NCBI GenBank assembly: GCA_010015805.1
Contig: ML978124.1
Coordinates: 2,480,001-2,544,000 of the forward strand
Source of the DNA: Rhizodiscina lignyota
Taxonomy: Eukaryota
Length of the DNA: 64,000 bases
Reading direction: 5' to 3'
Shown: one piece after another, positions 59,187 through 64,000 of the stretch
Numbering within the stretch: position 1 is the stretch's first letter
How the letters are laid out: every line of letters begins with the position of its first letter
Position numbers and translations under genes: made by a program
The notes under the pieces: generated by a model
What the model was told of the DNA's origin: nothing
The model's database searches: none
Seen by the model: the letters and a program-made list of their open reading frames with translations, nothing else

Positions 59187-61269
59187 GACGTTGGTCAAGG
59201 TGGGTGTGCTGAACAGAGGGCCGCCGGGAACAAACGAAAATTGGATGTAACGGAAAACGCAGACATCGAGATTCGGATATGAAAGATGAAGAAAAGAAAT
59301 TGATGACATTTTCAACACCACAGAGTCCTCAATACATCAAATTTGCGCTATCAAAGCGTAAGTCTCGGCATCGACGTGCCGGCCAAACCTCGTCTTCGCA
59401 CATTCCCCAGAGTGGAGAATGTCCGGCCGTTCGTTACGTCTTGATCTGCTCTTGCGGGCGGTCTGCGCCCTTTGCCGCAAAAAGCTTTCTTGCAGGCGCC
59501 CAATTTTCGTGGAGACGTTAGCGAACTCGGCAACGAGATGCCGATTGAAGATCGAGCCGTCTCATCGTGTTTGCCATTGGCTGCCGGGGAGTTAGGGAGG
59601 GCGAAGCTGCGGTGCCTTGCAGACGAACGACTCCTTCGGCAGTATAACTGATGCCTTTGGACCGTCGTTATATCAGTAAACTGCGATATCAGAGCTGCCA
59701 TGGAGACCATATTAGTAGTGCCGTTCGTTACGGAAGTCATACAGAGTTTCTGGTTCGAATCTCGTTCGCAGCTCACATCATCCGATGATCTGACGATCTG
59801 CCGGGACGGAAACGGAACTACTTTATTCTCACCACTGCTTCCTGCTGAATTTTCTGATGTTGAAGACAGCCGGTCCTCGAAATTCGGACGCCCGGCAGAG
59901 CGCAGGTGCTGCTGGCGCGCAAACTCATGCTCTGGAACTTCCAATCAAGATCTGCCACACTCACCGTGTTTTTTGACTCACAGTTGCTATGTATGAATTA
60001 CGAGACTGAACCTTCACAGGCGATGTAGACCAATTCAGAGGCTTTGCAACCCGAACGACGCCGGTATGCCAGCATTCGTCTTCTCTCTCCACCTCAATCT
60101 CTCCAACCGAAAGCGCGTTTCCTCCCATATAGTCGATTCCCTTCTGCACATCAATTAGAATGGATGCTCATTGGCGTACACGCTCCGCAAGCCGATCTTC
60201 TCCATCTTGTTTTTCTCATGTGCCGTGTCCATAGTTGACTTGATATGTGGGAAGACAAGGCCATACCTGCAGTTCCGACCTCATCCGGACTACTCTCCAC
60301 CATCACACACCAAACTCGTCCCAATTCCGACGAGTCTTAAAACCCGCCGATTTCAGGACCAGATGCCGAGGCATTGCGACTGCCTCATTGCAAACTGTGG
60401 ATTCCCGAAGAAATCTCAAATCGAAGGACTGCCGAGGCTCCATTCAAAGTGACTTTGAGTCCCTTTTTGGATCACTAGCTGTCTTTGGATATCTGAACGC
60501 ATGGCGAGTGCTGTAAAGGGCCCGGAGAAGGCCACAGGCCGATATGGGCAATTCCAGTATATGACTCACACTGGTTGCAAACCGCCGAGTGAAATTGGTC
60601 TGGAGCATGTGAGATACTAGCTAGCCTATGCAGTGCTACTGATTCAGAATGTCCTGGAGTCTGGTATTGATGTGCCTCGGTAACCGGTCCCTGAGGTCAA
60701 TCGTCACTTGATCTATCCTATTATTATGTATGCGTCCGCATTTTGGTTAGGGGTTCTTGGAGGATGTCTCTTTCTGAACCCGTTGCTCTTTCAAAGGCTG
60801 CTAACTACTTCCCGCCCCAGCATCAGACAGGCATCGGAATACACACTCATCGCGTCTCGAGCGCCCTCCGTAATGTAGCAAAGGGAACCCGTAAGAATGA
60901 AGCAACTCCGCAGTTGCTCGGGGACTGCGAATGAGATGCGGAACTTCACTTTGTGGAAGCGCTTCAGTAGAGACGATGATTTATTCTGTGATTTCAACTA
61001 TCAGCAAAGCTGCGGTTTATTGCCGGCAACGTGAACAACGGTAGCCCATCACTGCCTTTCAGTCCCCGTGAAACTCGTAATTTTGTCATTCGTAAGCAGC
61101 AATCGAACGAGGTAGCCCATCGGCGTGCTGTCGTCCTGTGAAATCCCGAGCATATCATATTGAATCATCGTAAGTAATCATAATCATTCCTTCACGCCAA
61201 AGTTTCTGGTCGTGCTGTGTGCAGATATCACTGCGTTCGGTCATCGAATGCAGCGACCTCCGTAAATCC

Positions 61270-62103
61270 TCATACACCTCCCAAATCCTTAGCAGCGGAC
61301 TCCACCACTGCCAGCCATAGATCGTGAGACGCCTTAATATCCGCAATAAGCGCAGTCTGCAAAGCCCTCGTGATCACCTCCGCGCTCCTCTTGTAGCCCT
61401 GATTAACTGGAAAACGCTCTTCATTAAGCCATTCCTTGACCTGATCCTTCGGTGCTCTTCGGTCATTCGTGTCCGTGGAAGCATTGATACCGAACACGAG
61501 CGGGATGAAGCTCGACTCCAGCTGCGCAAACGCCGTGAATGCTTCAGACAACTTCGGACTACCAATCCCAACGCTCTCAAACTCTCTCCGCGCTCGGGTC
61601 TTGCCGATTGATCCAGCGTCGAGGTAATTATTCGGTGCGTCGTCCATGAGCATTTTAACAAGGCCCGGACTAACATCGATGGTAGAGCCCTGGATGAGAT
61701 CCAGCCTCGTGAGACTCGCATCATGCTCGGTGTGGTCATGTGCAGCAAAGTCCTCCAGGGTGAAACTTTTGCTGCTGTTCTTTGGGGAGCCGAGTTTCGC
61801 CACCATCGCGTTGGTCGTCGCCGATGCCAGATCCAAGTTGAAATTGAGCGCGGCTATCATTGCATCGTTGAAGTCGTCCTTCGTGATTTGACGCCCGTCA
61901 CGAGACAGAAAACCATGGTTTGCGAAAGTATTGAGCATCGGGCATGGACTTCGGGAGGAGTTGGTGACTAGAGCGGCAGGAATCCATGGGTGGTTGTCGA
62001 GGAAATTGAGTACAGAAGTTGATTTGGCCTCGGAGGCGTCGACACTGAAGAAAAGTGCCTGAAGACAAACAACGAACGCCAGCATATTGAGAGAGGCAAG
62101 CAT
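61270..62103 (-). CDS. Secreted heme-thiolate peroxidase / short unspecific peroxygenase (Peroxidase_2)
   Basis: Signal peptide from ATG 62103. Proximal motif SRSPCPMLNTFANHGFL, then HDHTEHDASLTRLD, distal ESS and WLNEERFP. Confidence 0.9.
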   Translation of the reverse strand: MLASLNMLAFVVCLQALFFSVDASEAKSTSVLNFLDNHPWIPAALVTNSSRSPCPMLNTFANHGFLSRDGRQITKDDFNDAMIAALNFNLDLASATTNAMVAKLGSPKNSSKSFTLEDFAAHDHTEHDASLTRLDLIQGSTIDVSPGLVKMLMDDAPNNYLDAGSIGKTRARREFESVGIGSPKLSEAFTAFAQLESSFIPLVFGINASTDTNDRRAPKDQVKEWLNEERFPVNQGYKRSAEVITRALQTALIADIKASHDLWLAVVESAAKDLGGV

Positions 62104-63558
62104 CTTGACTGTTGAGAGAAAGGTTCGATGGTGCTTTTGAATTCGGAGGTGCGCGTCAGCGTTCGGCGGTGTAGGCTGCACACGCTTGACGGACTGACAA
62201 ATCTTCCATGCGCGGTATATGCTGTTGTGGAAAAAGGGAAAGACTGTGAGAGGCGTATTTCAGCTATCTTACAATGCTGCGGCGTTTGGAGAGGAGAGAG
62301 TTGTAGCGAGTGAGAAGCTACTTAGATACCGCAGTGTGGTGACGATGTCGACTTCTTAGCGCCTTCTTGAAGGAGTGGCAAGAACGTAAAAACCAACAGA
62401 CGCAGGCACACAAATCCACCGAGTACGATAAATCTGAAACAGCTCGCCAGCTCACTACAAATATCGTCGGCTTCACGTCCGAATTCAAGATTCTCACCGT
62501 AATCGGGTTGCCCTGGCCCCCAACGTCATCTTACCTGACGAACCCTCCGCTGTGCCGCGTGGGTGCAGGCTTCAGCTGCAGGTGCTAACTTACTGAAGAG
62601 AGATGTGCCAGCCACAGCGGCAATCGAGCGGATCTCCGCTAGGAAGAAATTTATAAAAAGAATCCACTAACTTTTCATATCCCGCTTGATCTCGACTCCG
62701 GAGGGTCGGCTGTCGAGCTGGACTTGGCGAAGGTGACGAAAGACGAGAGTACCTATCGTAACGGACGCTGAGGCAAGATCTTATCTTATCTTCGGAGATC
62801 AGACGGAACATTGAAGACAGACGCCAGCCTGAAAGAATTTGAAGCCACCACGGACTACGCAAGATGCCTGCCGGAGTTGCAAGGAATGTAAATCAATCTC
62901 TTCTTTAACAAATGCCTGATCATCTTCAGCGGGCGAGATGTAGTTCACAGTGCGTTAAGTGAGATAGGCTGACAGATCTCGCAAGCTATGACAGATTATC
63001 ACAGCCATTTTTGCCGAAGGGTTGGATGACACTCTGCGGCAGAAAGACTGATGTCGTTCACGACACTTTGCTCGATTGCTTGTTTGATGAACACAGTGAC
63101 CGCGGGCCTCATTGTACTGGAGTCGAACTGAGGAGCATGAATGCGCCTCGTTGTTCACGAATACCATTTTACTCAGTGAGGCCGAGCCAGAAATGCCACA
63201 AGCTACACAGCATAGGATACAAGACAATAAAGGATTGAACCGGGTACGATATCTAGCCGAGACCTACTAATTAGCGACATAGATCTACCTAACCACTCAA
63301 TGAGACATCACCTCAGCCACCAGCTCAGCCCGCTTGCGAGGCAAAGTTACTGGCAACGGTGGGGAAGGTAGCTAACCTCAAAACGGAGGTGAGGACAGTT
63401 TCGAATCTACTGTGATTCCTCTTAGGGAGAATGCTTCGAGTGCTACGGCCGATTCCAGATCAATAGTCCCAGTTGACGTGAAGCCTAATAGATGTATTTG
63501 ATTTCTATACGAGTATTCCAAAAGAGATCGAGGTTCCATATCAGTTCTCAGCTACTGG

Positions 63559-63564
63559 TATAAA
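63559..63564 (+). promoter_or_regulatory. TATA box
   Basis: TATAAA 89 nt upstream of ATG 63653. Confidence 0.55.
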
Positions 63565-63652
63565 GGGCCTTTTCATTCCACGCGTCTCATTGTTCGTTGC
63601 TTCGTCGAATCGAAATTTCATTCACGCCTTCCAGCACTTTACAAGGTCCCAC

Positions 63653-64000
63653 ATGAAGTTGGCAGTTTTTCTAACCCTGGCTGCTTCGGCGGCCGCTGAT
63701 ATCATCTACCTAGCCAACTGTAACGCTGCAGGCTCGCCTTTCGGATTCCGAGCCGCGGTCTTCCACACCGGCGGTGGTGCAGGCAACGGGCAGCTCAATC
63801 CATCGACTGGGAACATTGGCATCGCCGGCTCGGAAGAGTTTTGGGGACAGTCGGAAGAGATAATTGTGATATACCCTGACACGCAGGAGGTTCTCGTCGT
63901 CCAGCCACTCAATGACGATGACGCCACTGTCGGATTTGTCGCCGGTACGGCAAGCAACAGGCAGGGGAAGTTTACGTGTAGGAGGGATACCGACACGCAG
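63653..64000 (+). CDS. Small secreted protein, 3'-truncated by the window end
   Basis: Open for 116 codons to the window edge: MKLAVFLTLAASAAA-DIIYLANCNAAG..FWGQ..VAGTASNRQGKFTCRRDTDTQ. Clear signal peptide and an upstream TATA. Confidence 0.8.
   Translation, partial: MKLAVFLTLAASAAADIIYLANCNAAGSPFGFRAAVFHTGGGAGNGQLNPSTGNIGIAGSEEFWGQSEEIIVIYPDTQEVLVVQPLNDDDATVGFVAGTASNRQGKFTCRRDTDTQ

Noticed and set aside
59351..59944. 197-aa minus-strand ORF upstream of the MFS gene
   Set aside because: TTG start, S/R-rich, no motif; more likely promoter or UTR sequence, though not excluded.

Overview
This is intron-containing fungal DNA from a filamentous ascomycete (Pezizomycotina-type gene content, short GT..AG introns with CTRAY branch points). 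I can reconstruct about 27 protein-coding loci in three zones. (1) 0.1-11.2 kb is an accessory block holding the most notable feature, a compact putative glycan-modification cluster. It encodes an ~803-aa three-domain enzyme (BcbE-like nucleotidyltransferase, EcbF/BcbF-like HAD phosphatase, APH/choline-kinase-fold kinase; all domain types known from bacterial capsule loci). Next is a nucleotide-sugar transporter fused to a lumenal glycosyltransferase-like domain, then a convergent type II membrane paralogue of that domain. A divergently transcribed ABCG half-transporter with a Cys-rich ectodomain flanks the cluster. (2) 13-45.7 kb is mostly conserved housekeeping genes: MIZ/SP-RING protein, Boi-like SH3-SAM-PH protein, bZIP, Zn2Cys6 TF, acyl-CoA thioesterase, TMEM170, MAPEG GST, DGAT1-type MBOAT, PFS2, saccharopine-dehydrogenase-like, UFD2 and DUF2439, plus one RIP-damaged relic. 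(3) 46-64 kb is an accessory/secretome zone: surface protein, Zn2Cys6 TF, secreted lactonase, hydrolase, frameshifted F-box gene, 8-Cys small secreted protein, MFS transporter, heme-thiolate peroxygenase and a partial secreted protein. All family calls come from motif recognition by eye; no searches were run. I found no rRNA, convincing tRNA, CRISPR array or intact transposon.
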